Shown: piece by piece, positions 37,914 through 51,280 of the stretch | How positions within the stretch are numbered: the stretch's first letter is position 1 | Layout: every line of letters starts with the position of its first letter | Assembly (NCBI GenBank): GCA_951406725.2 | Contig: OX597823.1 | Coordinates: 105,152,001 to 105,216,000 of the forward strand | Length of the DNA: 64,000 nt | Origin: Octopus vulgaris | Lineage: Eukaryota | Reading direction: 5' to 3' | The notes under the pieces: model-generated | The model's database searches: none | What the model saw: the letters and a program-made list of their open reading frames with translations, nothing else | Told to the model about the DNA's origin: nothing | Program-made: the position numbers and the translations under genes

Positions 37914-37919
<6 letters not shown>
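37621..37919. repeat. Fold-back palindrome (~145-bp arms) in (TA)n
   Basis: Arms are reverse-complementary with a few mismatches; loop at ~37764-37775. Confidence 0.92.
37833..37880 (+). ncRNA. Hammerhead with U3:A8 core and GUC site
   Basis: tttactt TTGACAA tctttttctaaaaaagt GAAA ctggT C aagtgaa. The mirror copy at ~37660-37707 on the minus strand has the accggt stem III. Confidence 0.75.
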
Positions 37920-37969
<50 letters not shown>

Positions 37970-37970
<1 letters not shown>

Positions 37971-38630
37971 CACCTTAAAAATATTCTCTATTTGAAGCAA
38001 TGTATCAGTCAAGGTACATTTTCCACTATTCGAAGCTGTGTTGGAATTCTTGCAAAGTGATACCTTTTAACACGTTTGTCATTTTTTTTCCTTCACCTCT
38101 TCCACATCTGCAAATTCTGTAGTCCCAGCATTTGTCACCAATGGTGACCTTTGCAATGGATCCAGACCGACTTCCAACTGTTCTTCCAGTTCACGACACA
38201 CATTCAGTCATAACTGCTTTAGATTTCGATGAGCAAGCAGAGCACAAATTTTGCTGCAACTCTTTTCATTTACAATTCCTTGTTCCAAATTCTTTGGCAG
38301 GAGCTCCAGGACACACCAATCATATCAACAAGATTGTGTGTGTTTTGCTCATGGCAGCATCCTTATAAACTGTTTGAAGCACGACAGCTGTTTTGGCCAC
38401 CGTTTTCCCAAACAGAAAACAGAATTTCACAGGAGCACACTGCCCCTTCATTTCAGCCATTGCAAAAATCAACAAACAGGGGAGAAGCACTGCAAAACAA
38501 AGACACACCACGTGGCAGTACAACTTCATCCAATGATGCCAGTCAGCAGGCTGACGCTGTAGTGTCGCATCAAATGGCTTCTAGTGACAGAAGCCTGAAT
38601 TACAATGGATTTGTTTCACAGAGAATGTTT
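37970..38630 (-). mobile_element. Mariner-derived remnant
   Basis: N-terminal VKFCFLFGKTVAKTAVVLQTVYKDAAMSKT resembles the mariner HTH region. Confidence 0.65.
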
Positions 38631-38697
38631 ATACATCCATCCATCCATCCATCCATATATACATTACATGTATTCATTACATACATACATAGGTGCA

Positions 38698-39095
38698 GGA
38701 GTGGCTGTGTGGTAAGTAGCTTGCTTACCAACCACATGGTTCTGGGTTCATTCCCACTGCGTGGCACCTTGGGCAAATGTCTTCTACTATAGCCTCGGGC
38801 TGACCAAAGCCTTGTGAGTAGATTTGGTAGACAGAAACTGGAAGAAGCCCGTTGTATATATGTATATATATGTATGTGTTTATATGTTTGTGTGTCTGTG
38901 TTTTTCTCCCCACCATTGCTTGACAACCGATGCTGGTGTGTTTACGTCCCCGTAACTTAGTGGTTCAGCAAAAGAGACTGATAGAATAAGTACTAGGCTT
39001 ACAAAGAATAGGTCCCGGGGTCGATTTGGTCGACTAAAGGCGGTGCTCCAGCATGGCCGCAGTCAAATGACTGAAACAAGTAAAAGAGAAAAGAG
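38698..39095 (+). mobile_element. SINE family B, full length
   Basis: tRNA-like head ggagtggctgtgtggtaag...gggttcattccc, ccttgggcaa core, internal TG/TA tract, tail cagtcaaatgactgaaacaagtaaaagag. Confidence 0.9.
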
Positions 39096-39792
39096 AGATA
39101 CATTACATGCATTCATTACATACATTCATCTGGGTCTTGAGATCTCTCTCGTGAGTTGTTGTGAGGTCCCCATCTAACTTGTGAGACCCAGGTTTTTGTT
39201 TGTGACATAATGGATGTGGTTTTATTTCAAGACGATGAAACATGACAGAGAAACCTTTTCTTAGTTGTAATGTGTTATTAAATTCCTGCTTCATAATTAT
39301 AATCACTTGCTATGCAAGTACATCTCCGTAATTATAGATAGCTAATTTGCAAATTTGCTAGTGTTTTGGATAAAATATTTAGCAGTATCTATATTGAGTC
39401 TATTTTGAGTTTAAATCATGCTGAGGTCAACTACGTGTCTTATCTTTCCAGGTTGATAAAAATGTATCAATTCAGTGTGGTGGTATGTGTGAAACTGTTA
39501 GAGGATTTAGTGAAATGTTTTGTGGTTTTTGTGATGGCTCTTTGCATTCTGAGGGTAACATCTGTGATGATATTGGTATGAAGCTGTATCACTGCAAATC
39601 AGTGGCCTTTCTCTCAGATAAACATTGTCGGCATGAAGACTTGCTTGTATGTGTATCTGCCAGTCTTTCTCAAAACAATCTTGCCTTGACCTGCATATAT
39701 ATGTGTGCAGATCTTTGGCAAACATTGACCAACAGAGGCCCTACATACATAAATGAATAAAAGACAAATACTAATTCTCATATAACAAAGAT

Positions 39793-42591
39793 TAGGGGAG
39801 ACCGGGGTTGGTTGACTACATTTTGTACATTTTCACTGACAGAGCAATACTATTTGATGCATTCTACTGCATCTTGTATTACACGCATAAATCAACCATA
39901 GCAGAAGACTTACAAAGCTAGGGATCTCATCTGCTTATTGTCTGGATTTATATTTTGTGCATTTTCTAAGACCACTTAAATGTGTCAACTTGCCCCGATA
40001 CCGGGGCAAGTTGACACATATAATGGGGTATGTTGACACATGAATGCATTATCTTGGAACATACATGTTAGTGGACAGAAAGACATGATATAAGCTTGTT
40101 GGTTTGATCAAGGGCCTTTATTACGGTTCCATTACAAATCATCATCAGAGTCACAATTTGGGCATGTGAATATTGTCAGACCTGGTGTGCATGCCTCGTG
40201 ATCCCAACCTTTACAATCAGAGCATTGAAGCCACACTTCCCTTCCTTTGCTGTTGGAATAAGGCTCGCAGTACACTAAGCAATTGCACTCTTTCTCATCA
40301 GAGATATCACTTTCTTGAATTTGAACTTTTTTCTTAACAGCTGGACCTTTTCCCTTCGTTAACCTGCCCTTACTGAGTCCCTTTCCTATCGTTCCTTTAT
40401 CAATGTTTGTCTTCTTTTTACTTTTACTTTTTGTCTTTTCTTAACAACGTTTCTTTCTTCCTCTGGTTGATTTTTTCCTAGGGCCTGCTTTGGGTGGTGG
40501 ACAGATTTGAAAGGGTGAAAGTAAAGACCTGGTGGCTATGTTGTTTGAAGGCCCAGGTGTTGCTGGTGCTGAAGGCCCAGGTGCTGAAAGTGCAGGATCC
40601 GGTCAGTCAGTGACATAGCTTGGTGCAAAGTCACTGTCTGTGAAAATGTTGAGATTAAAAGGGCATATTCCTGTAGAAGAAAAGCCACTAAGAATGTTCG
40701 TCAGGGTTGAAGTCAATGGCCATGCAGTTTTGACAATACATGGAATGTCATAAATGGTCATGGTCTGTGTACTTCTTCAGTGGTCCATAGACCACTTTGT
40801 CCAATGGCTGTAACCTGTGTGTGCAGTGAGGTGGAAAAGAAAGCATGGTGATGCCCCTCGATACTAAGGTGGGAATCATGATTGTTCAGCAAGAAAAGGC
40901 ACGGTGACTGCTTTGAACATTTCCCATTCCTCACAAAGTGTTGAAGGAATTTCACAAACTGCTCCTCACACATCCAACCAGATGGATTAGTACCTCCATC
41001 GCTGCCTGATGGTCTATTGTTCAGGAAATGTGGCCTCAAGTTCTTCTGGGGTAAAACAAAAAATGGTGGTATGCTGTTTCCAGTGGCATTTACACAGCAT
41101 GCCAATGTGACCAGAATTCCCATCTCCGCACTTGTCATTTTTCCCACTTGCTTTGTTCCTTTTCTGGCAATAATTCTATCGGGGCGCTGCACAGTTGTTA
41201 TGCCAGTTTCATCCATGTTGTAGATATTGAATGGATCAAATTTATCCCGAAGCATCACCTCAGCAAGTTGGTTGAAAAACATAGCAACATTTGTCTTGTT
41301 GAAACTTGCTGCTCATGCCAAGCTTGTTGCCTGTGGAATTCTTATGGATAAATTCTTGTGTCGTTGAAGATATCCAGAGAACCAGTCTTCACCTGCCATT
41401 TCTGTCTCATACCAGGTTGGAGGAATATTACATCCATGTGCCTTTGCCATCGAAAAGCCAATTTCCGCACATCTTTTGGAGCAAGCCCATAGTAAATTTC
41501 TGCGGCAGCCAAAACATAAGCCTCTGACTGATTCTTGAACTCGTTGGTGAGAACTTGCTGTAGCTTTTCATCTCCACTAAGACTGTGATCATTGTTGTTT
41601 GCTTCAGTGGCCTTGGTACAGTAGTGAGACAGAGATTTAAAGGGATTCCAAATGTTCTCGAAGCTTCCCGCAAGGAGATGACACGAGCTCGGACCTGTTG
41701 AATAGCCTGTTGGATTACATCCTGTGGAAGGGTTGCCCTCTCGCTTTTGCATTTGTAGTGTTGCACCATGACAGTTGTATATCTAGGTCTGTAAAGAGAG
41801 AGAGGGGGAGAAAAAAAAAGCAATTTAGGTCATTGCATAATCCAACAGTGAAAGCAAAACGAAGCTCTGAGTGTTTCCCTACTTTTTAGTTTCAAGCATG
41901 CCTGGTCACGGCATAACTTCATGCTTATATATCAGTGGTACAGGTTACAAAGCTGAGGCAGTGTACAAGCTGTTGACTAAGTAGGTAGCGGCATGAAGAT
42001 AGAATAGGTTGGTATAGATAAAGAGAGCTGATCGAAAACTATAGCAAGCAATACATAAATTACTGAATGAATTGATCCAATGTACCAGACATGAATCAAA
42101 CAGCAAACACTCTTAGTTAAAATGGGACAGATACAGTCTGTGAACCAATGTAAGCAACCTACAACAACTTTATCAAAGGCCGGGGCAAGTTGACACACTG
42201 TATCAACGTGCCTCTGTTTACATGTGTCAACTTGCCCCGACCCCATTTCCCTCGTAAATGTAATCACTGAGTGAAAACCACTAGGGTTTTGCAAGAATCC
42301 ATTTGTATAGGATCGTGAGAGATATTATTTCTAACTCCTTAAGGTTTAATACACATAATGCAGTCTTAAACAATATCCAAAATAACTAATTATCAAAAAT
42401 GTTGAAAATAACTTACCAAGTGGAAAATTCCAATGTTGTCCGCGTGGAGCAGACAAACTCTCACAACGGCAATGAAATCAAATGAGGGGGAAGCTTATAC
42501 TAACAGCACTACTATGATGTCATTAAATCGTCCGAAAGTAGTTTCGCATTTTCTCTAGAGAAAATGTGTCAACTTGCCCCGGTCTTCCCTA
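39793..42591 (-). mobile_element. pogo/Tigger-like transposon (HTH, DDE, PHD-like finger), decayed
   Basis: TA-flanked TIRs ggg(g/a)agaccgggg. ISLREASRTFGIP (psq-type HTH), IYNMDETG, and C-terminal WLQCSDCKGWDHEAC..CPNC. Confidence 0.9.
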
Positions 42592-42659
42592 ACTTTAAAA
42601 TGGAGTACAGGAATGGAATGTATGACAAAGACTTACTCTATAATCAATACAGTGTTGAT

Positions 42660-43125
42660 ATAGGTGTGTGGCTTCGTGGTTAGGTTGTTGGACAAATGTT
42701 TGTAAGATTGTGGTTTCTATTCTTGGTCTAGGTGACATGTGTTCTTGTGCAAAACACTTCATTTCATGTTGCTCCAGTACATTCAGCTGGCAAAAATGAG
42801 TAAGCCTGCAATGGACCGGCGTCCCTTCCAGGAGGAAAATATACAAAAACCAGGAAACTATAAGTCTATACGACTTGGAAAGGAGCTAATATATAAATTC
42901 AACTGTAATATTGGCTTCAAATCTTGGCCCAAGGCCAGTAACTTTGGGGAAGGAGATAAGTCAATTACATCAACCCCAGTGGTCAACTGGTACTTATTTT
43001 AACAACCCTAAAAGGATGAAAAGCAAAGTCAACCTTGGCGGAGTTTGAACTCAGAACGTAAAGATGAGTAAAATGCTGCGAATCATTTTGCCAAGCATGC
43101 TAATGTTTCATTTAGCTTGTCACCT
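42660..43125. mobile_element. tRNA-derived SINE (+, 42660-42880) and family A SINE (-, 42905-43125)
   Basis: gtggcttcgtggttagg head with gcaatggaccggcgtcccttccagg; reverse ggatgaaaagcaaagtcaacc...gaactcagaac. Confidence 0.7.
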
Positions 43126-43389
43126 TGAAAATTCAATTGTAAAATCTACGAACCCTGACACATTGCTGAATTCAAATCCAAAATTTTCAGTGGTTGTAAG
43201 CATATGGCTAAGTTCCTGTTGATAAATTATGAAGTACCACACTCTCTCTTTTCAGCCTATTTTACAGTCAAAGGGGAAATATCTCCAAGTCTAGGAAAAG
43301 AAATACTGTGTGGTATTCTACCCAACATCCTAATGTCTCTATCAATTTTCTGGTTAAAAATTTTAAAAGTTACCTGAAAATTGTCTGTG

Positions 43390-43990
43390 TTATTAAGAAT
43401 CTTGCTTCCCATTCATATGGTCTGGTGCCAGTCCCACTGTGTGGTACCTTGGGCAAGTATGTTATACTGTAGCCTTGTGCTAACCAAAGCCTTGGGAATT
43501 TCTTTGGTAGATGGAAACTAAAAGAAGACTATTGTATGTATGTGTGTAAAAGCACCTAGTACACACAGTAAAATGGTTGGCATTAGGAAGGACGTCTAGC
43601 TATAGAAACCAAGCCAAATCAGACTGGAACCTGGTGTAGGTTCCCAGCTTGCTAGTTCTGTTCAGACCATCCAACCCATACCAGCATGGAAAACAGATGT
43701 TAAAAGACGATGATGTATGTATGTATGCATGACTATCTATCTATCCTACATGTAGATGTATGTGTATTTGTGTGTACCCATGTCTGGGGTATGATGGTCG
43801 TAAATGTGCTTGTCATACAAGTGAGGTTGTTTGTTCCATGCAAAACATATCAGGTCATGGGAAAATATTACCTTGTTTGGAGACAGGTGAGTGTTGACAT
43901 CAGGAAGGACATCAGGCCATTAGAAAATCTGCCTCAACCAATTCCATCTGACCCATGCAAACACAGAAAAATGGACACTAGATAATGTTG
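43390..43990 (+). mobile_element. Family B 5' half followed by family C remnants
   Basis: ccttgggcaag; ggttggcattaggaaggac...ccaacccataccagcatggaaaac. Confidence 0.7.
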
Positions 43991-45494
43991 ATGTCTACCC
44001 TGGCAACCATATGTGTAAATGTGATGTACAAATGTGATCTAATTTTAGCCATTTGTTCTTTGGTTGCTAAAGGCTCTATACAATATTTTTAATAGAATTT
44101 GAAAGCATGATCTTTGACTTTGGAAATAATATGTTTTTCTTCTCTCAGATAATAAAAGCTAAATAGACTGAAGCTAGATTTATGATTGTGTAGCAACAAG
44201 TTTCCAACCAAACCTTGTCAGTGAAAATTCTTTCATATTTTGACCCTGTCAAATAAATGTTAGTTTTATAATGACAAGTTCTAAAGAATCCAATAGGTTG
44301 AGTTTTGGAAGTTTTGTTCACATTTTGCCATCTGACTTTATGTTCACTGACAGAAACAGTGAGAGAAGGTGTTGACCAAACCATTTTGGAACCAAAACTG
44401 TCTGCTGTGTTGGAATACATTGAGAACAGTTCACTTTGTTATATATTATACAATAAATTGTAGAATATATGTGTATGTGTGTGGGTGTTCAGAAACTGGA
44501 ATAAAGAAATGGTGATGTGAGTGAGAGAGAGAGGGGGGGGAGAGAAAGAGGGAGAGGCAAAGAGGGGGTAAGAGAGAGAAACAAAGACAGGGAGAAAGAA
44601 TGAAAGAGAGAGAAAGAAAGAAAGAAAGAAGGAGAGAGAGAGAGAGAGCAAGTGAGGAATGCAGTGTATAGCTAAGAGAAGAGTGTTACATTATCACATG
44701 ATTAATTTGGAGAAAGCAGACGACATAACATTTGACTAACAATAAACAGAGTGAAACCAATGTTATTTTACTTGTTTGTCATTTATGTTGTTGCTGTGGT
44801 TTAATCTTAGATTAACATGACTTGAAAAGATTTATGATAAAAGGTGCTCCAACCGTGACTATCTGGAAATACATTGTCCAATGTATGCTTCCTCTTTAAG
44901 ATAATAAGGTGTGATCTGAGGGAGATTTGGCTGCTCTTTCTAGCAGATTAAACAACCACAGTGAAGCTTCGTTCATGACTCATTTACCATTTACTTTTAA
45001 AGATATGTTATAGTCTTTTACTATAACATTTTAAAGATATACTTACAATTTTAAGATATACTTTTCATAGGAAATTTTAGGAAATAAAATATTGTTAGCA
45101 GGGAAATAGGGACCATATAAATCTAGTTTATCATGAAGGCAATGGAATAAAATTACTTAGAAATAAAAGTAAAGACAATATATTAATGTATGCTGAAAAG
45201 AAAAAAAATTTCAATATTTCAAGTGTAATCTCTTTGTCAAGAAAGAAATTATAGCTAATAACAAAGAAAGAAGTTAGTGTACACATCTTTATTTTTCTTT
45301 CTTATTGTCTCTCATCTCTGTCTTGATAAAAGGCTTGTGCCCTTTAAGAAGGAGGAAAATTGATTATTTTCTCTTTGCTGCATAGCAAAACAGATTGATT
45401 TTGCCTTTACATTTAAGTATGTTTTATTCAATGGGATTTCATTTTGCAGATAGAAATTCATGATGGATCATTCAGATTCAGTTGTCAGATATTA

Positions 45495-46522
45495 TATTGG
45501 GTCATCCCATAAATAATGTGGTTTTTTTATACTTCTTTTATTTTAAAAAATTATGATAAACAAAGTTCTTTTTTAATCTAAAATATGCTCTCCTTCATTT
45601 TCTACAATGCCCTTCCATCTATCTGGTAGCCTTCCAAGGTCCCTCTTCCAAAATTCACTTGTCTGTGATGAAAAATACTCTTCCAGTACTGTTCTGACCT
45701 CATCTACAGAATTCATATTTTTTCCCTCCAAATGATTTTAAAAACTGCTGAATAAATGATAATAAAATGGGGCAATGTCCAGTGAATATGGTGGGTAGGG
45801 GATCGTTTCCCATTCAAACTGCTCCAGCCTTTGGAATGTCATCCCCACTGTATGTTGCTGAGCATTATCCTGATGGAAGGACACCTTTCGTCTTGAAACC
45901 AAAGGTTGTCATTTTACTTCTAGGTCTGACTTAAGCCACTCAAGTCACTCGCAGTAAATCTCCTTTGTTATCATTTGGTTTGGGTTTAAAAGTTCAAAGT
46001 GAACTAAACCTTTCATATCCTACCAAAAAGATAACAACACCTTACCTGGGTAAAGGCCTTCTTTGGCTTGGGGTGCCAGTGTTTCTCCTTTCCCTACCCA
46101 CTGTCTTTGGCACTTGACATTTTTATAGAGAACCTATTTTTTGTCACCAGTCACTATTCGGTCCAAAAAAGGTTCATTTGTGAGACATGACAGCAAAGAA
46201 GAGCACACATTCACTCTCTGCACACAATTAGACTCAGAAAGTTTGAGGAATCCATTGACCCAGTTGGCTGACTTTTCTGATAGCATGCAGGTGTCGATGA
46301 ATGGTTAAATGACCAAATCCAAGTTTCTCTCCTATTTTCTCAACAGTTATGATGGGATTTTGTTCCACCAGAATTTGCAGGAAGTCCTTTTCAAGCTCTA
46401 CAGATTTTCCAGGATGAGGCTCATCTTCTAGGATGTAGTTTCCAACTCAGATTTTCTGGAACCACTGTTGGCACTAGCTTACGCTTATTGTCCGATCCCC
46501 ATATACTGCATTAATATTCCTT
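45495..46522 (-). mobile_element. Mariner transposon, 5'-truncated and decayed
   Basis: TA plus TIR-like ttgggtcatcccataaataa; RIVTGDKK, HQDNAQQH and a PYSLDIAP-like motif. Confidence 0.8.
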
Positions 46523-47230
46523 CCAGACAAAATGCTTAATGGTATTTCATCTGCTGCTACATTCTGTGTTCAAATTCTGCTGGGGTTGACTTTGCTTTTC
46601 ATTCTTTTGGGGTTGATAAATTAAGTACCAATCAAGTATTGGGGTTGATGTGATTGACTTACCCAATTCCACAACATTTCAGGCCTTGTACCTACAGTAG
46701 AAAGGATTATTATTATTATTATTATTGTTATTAAGGCGGTGAGCTAGCAGACTCGTTAGAATGCTGGGCAAAATGCTCAGTACTTCACCCATTCACTACA
46801 TTCTGAGCTCAAATTCTGCCAAGGTTGACTTTGCCTCTCATCCTTTTAGGGTCGATAAATTAAGTACGAGTGAAACACAAGGATTGATATAATCAACTTA
46901 TCCCCTCCCCAAAAATGGCTGCCCTTGTGGAAAAATTTGAAACCATTATTATTATTATTACTATTATCATTTATTTATTTTTTTTTGTTGGTATTATTAC
47001 AATTACAGATAAAGTGGTGAACTGGCAGAATTGTCAGCATGGCAGGCAAAATGCATGGTGGCATTTTGTCCTTTCTTATGTTCTGAGTTCAAATTCCACT
47101 GAGGTCGACTTTGACTTTCATCCTTTCGGGATCGATAAATTAAGTACCAGTTGCGTACAGGTGTCAATGTAATTGACTAGTTCCCTACCCCATAATTTCA
47201 GGTCTTGTGCCTTTAGTAGAAAGCATTATT
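46523..47230 (+). mobile_element. Three consecutive family A SINEs with (ATT)n tails
   Basis: Cores at ~46560, 46800 and 47080, each followed by an attattatt tail. Confidence 0.85.
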
Positions 47231-47595
47231 ACAGATAAAGATGTTGAAGCTTCATTTGAAAAGAAACGAAAAACACGAATACTAGTGGATGGTGAGTGGT
47301 TAGACTGGTTGCTTCAAACATTGATTTGCTTTGTTTGTATTTGTTTTCTGTTTTTAAACAATGACAGCAAGCAAGATCTGTTTAGTTATTTGTAATCATT
47401 ATAAAAAGATAACTGGCATGTTGATGTGCCATCGGATTAATTACAATTGCTCTATAATAGCAGAGGATCAGATGAAATACAAACGTAAATGCTGTCTGCT
47501 TTCAACGAGATGTTTTACTCATTTCACTGATTTCGTTTTGGGATTTGGTTTGCAAGATTCTTTATATGAGTTCATGTGTTAAAGCATATTCTGTT

Positions 47596-47853
47596 GTGTC
47601 TGGAGAGAGTCATTTTCTTTTTGTGCCTTATAATTTAACACACTCACCGGTAAAATTTCCACTTTTTTCTTATTTTTATTTTCCTAAAATTTTCGTTGCG
47701 TCTTGTAACCTTTTCAATAGTTTTGACTCTATTGAAAAGGTTGCAAGACGCAACGAAAATTTTAGGAAAATAAAAATAAGAAATAAGTGGAAATTTGACC
47801 GGAGAGTGTGTCACATTACAAGGCACAAAAAGAAAATGATTCTCCCCAGACAC
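47596..47853. repeat. Fold-back palindrome (~125-bp arms) with a hammerhead next to the loop (47728-47766)
   Basis: tcta TTGAAAA g gttgc-aagac-gcaac GAAA atT T tagg. Confidence 0.85.
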
Positions 47854-48194
47854 TGTAATACCATTTCTATTGAAATCTTTATTTACTCATTTTACCCCAC
47901 TTATCTAATTCCTTTTTGTATGATTTTCACTGTGTATCTATTGATGCTTTTAATCCTTTAGAACTCAGATTATTGCCAACAGTAATGTTTACTTAATCAG
48001 ATTGATTTGAATTAATCATGCATTATCTCATAGCTTTGAAATTTTTATGACGTGATTGTTTATTTTTAGAATGACATTGTAGGATAAGTGTGAAAGATCA
48101 GATCTGTCCTATTTGAACATAAAGCAACTAGAATATTTTGGCCGGTTATAATGCTAAAGGGTTAAATCTTTTTGCAAGACACTGTTATAATTTA

Positions 48195-48645
48195 TTGGTT
48201 GCGCATTTTGGGGCAAGGTCAGCACTTTTTGAAGGAGCAGTAAGTTGATTACATCGACCCCAGTGTTCAACTGGTACTTATTTTATTGACCCTGAAAGGA
48301 TGAAAGGCAAGGTTGACCTCACTGAAATTTGAACTCAGAATGCAAGGATGGATGAAATGCAGCTAAGCCTTTTACCTGGTGTGCTAATGATTCAGCCAGC
48401 TCAATGCCATAATTTAGGGATGTGAGGTACACAGAAAATAACAACCATAACAACAATCAAAATACTATAGGTACAAGGCCTGAAATTTGGAGGGAAGGGG
48501 TAAGTCAATCACATTGACCCCAGTGTTCAACTGGTACTTATTTTATTGACACCAAAGAGGTGGGAGGCAGTATTTGAACTCAGAATGTATAAAATGCTGC
48601 TAAACATTTTATCCAGTGACATAATGATTCTGCCAGCTCACCATT

Positions 48646-48689
<44 letters not shown>

Positions 48690-48855
48690 CCTTTCTGCTA
48701 TTGGCACAAGGCTTGAAACTTGGGGGATGGGAATAGTTTAATATATTGACCCAAGTACTCAACAGGTACTTATTTTCTTGACCCCAAAAGGATGAAAGGC
48801 TAAGCTGACCTCAGCAGAATTTGAATTCAGAATGTAAGGATGGACGAAATGCCAT
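48195..48855 (-). mobile_element. Three family A SINEs
   Basis: Repeated ggtacttattt...aaaggatgaaaggc...gaactcagaat. Confidence 0.8.
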
Positions 48856-49560
48856 TCTTTCCCTGTACTTTTAGTTATATTTTTAGTGTGCACTGAATTT
48901 TGAAAAGAATATAAGGGGGCACTGCAAGTGAAAAAAGGTTGTGGAGAACTGAGACAAATGTATGTTCCAGTGGGAAAAGAAGAGAGAGATGGTGATGAAG
49001 ATGTGTCAGGACATGCCCTCAAGGAACATTGGGCATAGTGAGAATAAGTGAGGTGATAGAATAAGTACCAAGTTTAATAAAAAATATAAAAAAAACAATC
49101 ACTGGGGTTGATTCATTCAACTACAAAAAAAAAAAATCTTCAAAGGTGGTGCCCTAGCATGGCCGCAGTCCAGTGACTGAAACAAGTTAAAGAATAAAAG
49201 AATGTTATGATAATGATGCCAAAAATCAAACACTTTTTACTTCTCAAAGACAGAGTGGTCACCACCTCCGAAAGTATTCAGTGCTGTCTTTGCCTTTCCA
49301 TTGAAATTTGCCAGACCTTTTCTCATCTCATTCACGTAGCTTTTGAGATCATTTTTCATTATGATTAATCTGAAGAAAGCAAAGTAGGACAGTCGTTTGT
49401 AGCAATTTAGTGCTGTGAGTTCTAATGTATTGTATTGCGATTCATTAACTTGCCACTAATTGCTGTCACCTTGACCGATCAGCACCACACTTCAGATCAA
49501 TATATATATCTATGTGTGTGTGTGTATGTGTATGTGTGTGTAGGCACATACATATGTACG

Positions 49561-49591
<31 letters not shown>

Positions 49592-49925
49592 TTTTGCAAG
49601 CATGTATATATGTGTGTGTCTGTATGTATGTGAGTGTGAGCGTGTGTGCATGTGTGCGTGTGGGTGTGTGCGCATGTGTGTATAATTGATGTAGTGGGAA
49701 CATACATACTTCATGCGTATATGTATATATCTTTAACACATATACATATATACATACATACATTGATATATATATGTGTGTGTGTATGTATGAGTATATA
49801 TATATGTATACACACACACATACACACAAACATATATGTATATATATATACATACACATACACACACGTACACACATATAGATATATATATATACATATT
49901 TATATGTATGCAATTATGTATGTGT

Positions 49926-49957
<32 letters not shown>

Positions 49958-50509
49958 TATAGTGATAAGCTGGTACCTACATTCTAAAGGTGTCAGGATG
50001 TCAATATTGGATGTGAGCATCTAATATGTGAGTGTCTAATAATGTGAGTGTTAATGGTTATCTAATTGCTGACAGGATGAGTTTCTGTTACATCTGGAGT
50101 TCTGACTAAAGCACATTGGCAAAAAATCAATAAATTTAACAGTGAGTTCTATAGCTTAAAGGCTTAAAAATTGCAGTTTAACTACTTTAAATTTGTGTCA
50201 CCATCATCATTGTTTTCTGTCTGCTTTTCATGATGACATAGACTGGATGGTTCCCCTTTATATGGGTCAGCTTTTATTCGGAAATGTTGCAGATGGGCTG
50301 GAGGATTGTATTTTTTAGTCCATTTCACTTTTAGCTAGGTTTCCATGGATGGGTGTCCTGTTTCCAGAGCCTACAGGGTGAATTTTATCATGAAAGCAGT
50401 ACTAGAGAGATTGTCGTGTCCTGTATGTGAGGTATAATTCATCTATCTAATAAAAACTTTTTCTTATGCCTTACTTGTTTTTTTGATTCTTGCCTTGACT
50501 GGCTTCCAT

Positions 50510-50762
50510 GCCAAGGCACGTAAAAAGCACCAACCGATCGTGGCCGCTGCCAGCCTCGCCTGGCACCTGTGCCGGTGGCATGTAAAAAGCACCCACTACA
50601 CTCACGGAGTGGTTGGCGTTAGGAAGGGCATCCAGCTGTAGAAGCACTACAGATCAGACTGGGCCTGGTGCAGCCTTCTGGCTTTCCAGACCCCAGTCGA
50701 ACCATCCAACCCATGCTAGCATGGAAAGCGGACGTTAAACGATGATGACGATGATGATGATG
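50510..50762 (+). mobile_element. Family C short retroelement
   Basis: Matches 22485-22822; (GAT)n tail. Confidence 0.85.
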
Positions 50763-50829
50763 ACTATAATCTCAGAATATAGGCTTCCATCTCTAAAAAA
50801 GAACCTTCCCCAGTATGGAAAGAAATATT

Positions 50830-51150
50830 AGGGATCCACATAGTGTTTATCAGATGCTGTTATGAACAACACCTTGGTCTTTTTTAAACGTAGAATTGAG
50901 TTAAAGACATCACATGTAACAGAGAATCTGTACACCATAAGCTGTGTATATTCTTCTGCATTTGCTACAAATTCAGCTCTGTCTGCATGCAAGTTTTCTA
51001 ATTTGAGACATAAAAATCTTTGATTTGCTGTTGAAACCTCATAAATCAAAAATCTTTCTTGAAGTGTGAAGTCTTAGTTTAACACCTCTGTCCAAATTTT
51101 GATAGGCATCAGATAGCAAAGTGGTTAAAAATAAAGTTGGTGCTAGAGTG
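50830..51150 (-). pseudogene. Very decayed RTE-type RT fragment
   Basis: ADRAEFVANAEEYTQLMVYRFSVTCDVF..LKKTKVL resembles the region following YADD. Confidence 0.45.
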
Positions 51151-51280
51151 TCACCGTATGAAATAGCATAGTCTCAAACTTTCCATCTTCTATTTACTCC
51201 AGCCTACTAACTTGGTACTCTGTGTACTACCACATCAATGATGTCATGGAAAAATTGCATTGCAGGGATATGCACCAAAC

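Noticed and set aside
44145-44420. Possible host exon after a strong acceptor (ttttcttctctcag), or the 91-aa minus ORF
   Set aside because: All plus frames stop within a few codons and the minus ORF has no recognisable motif.
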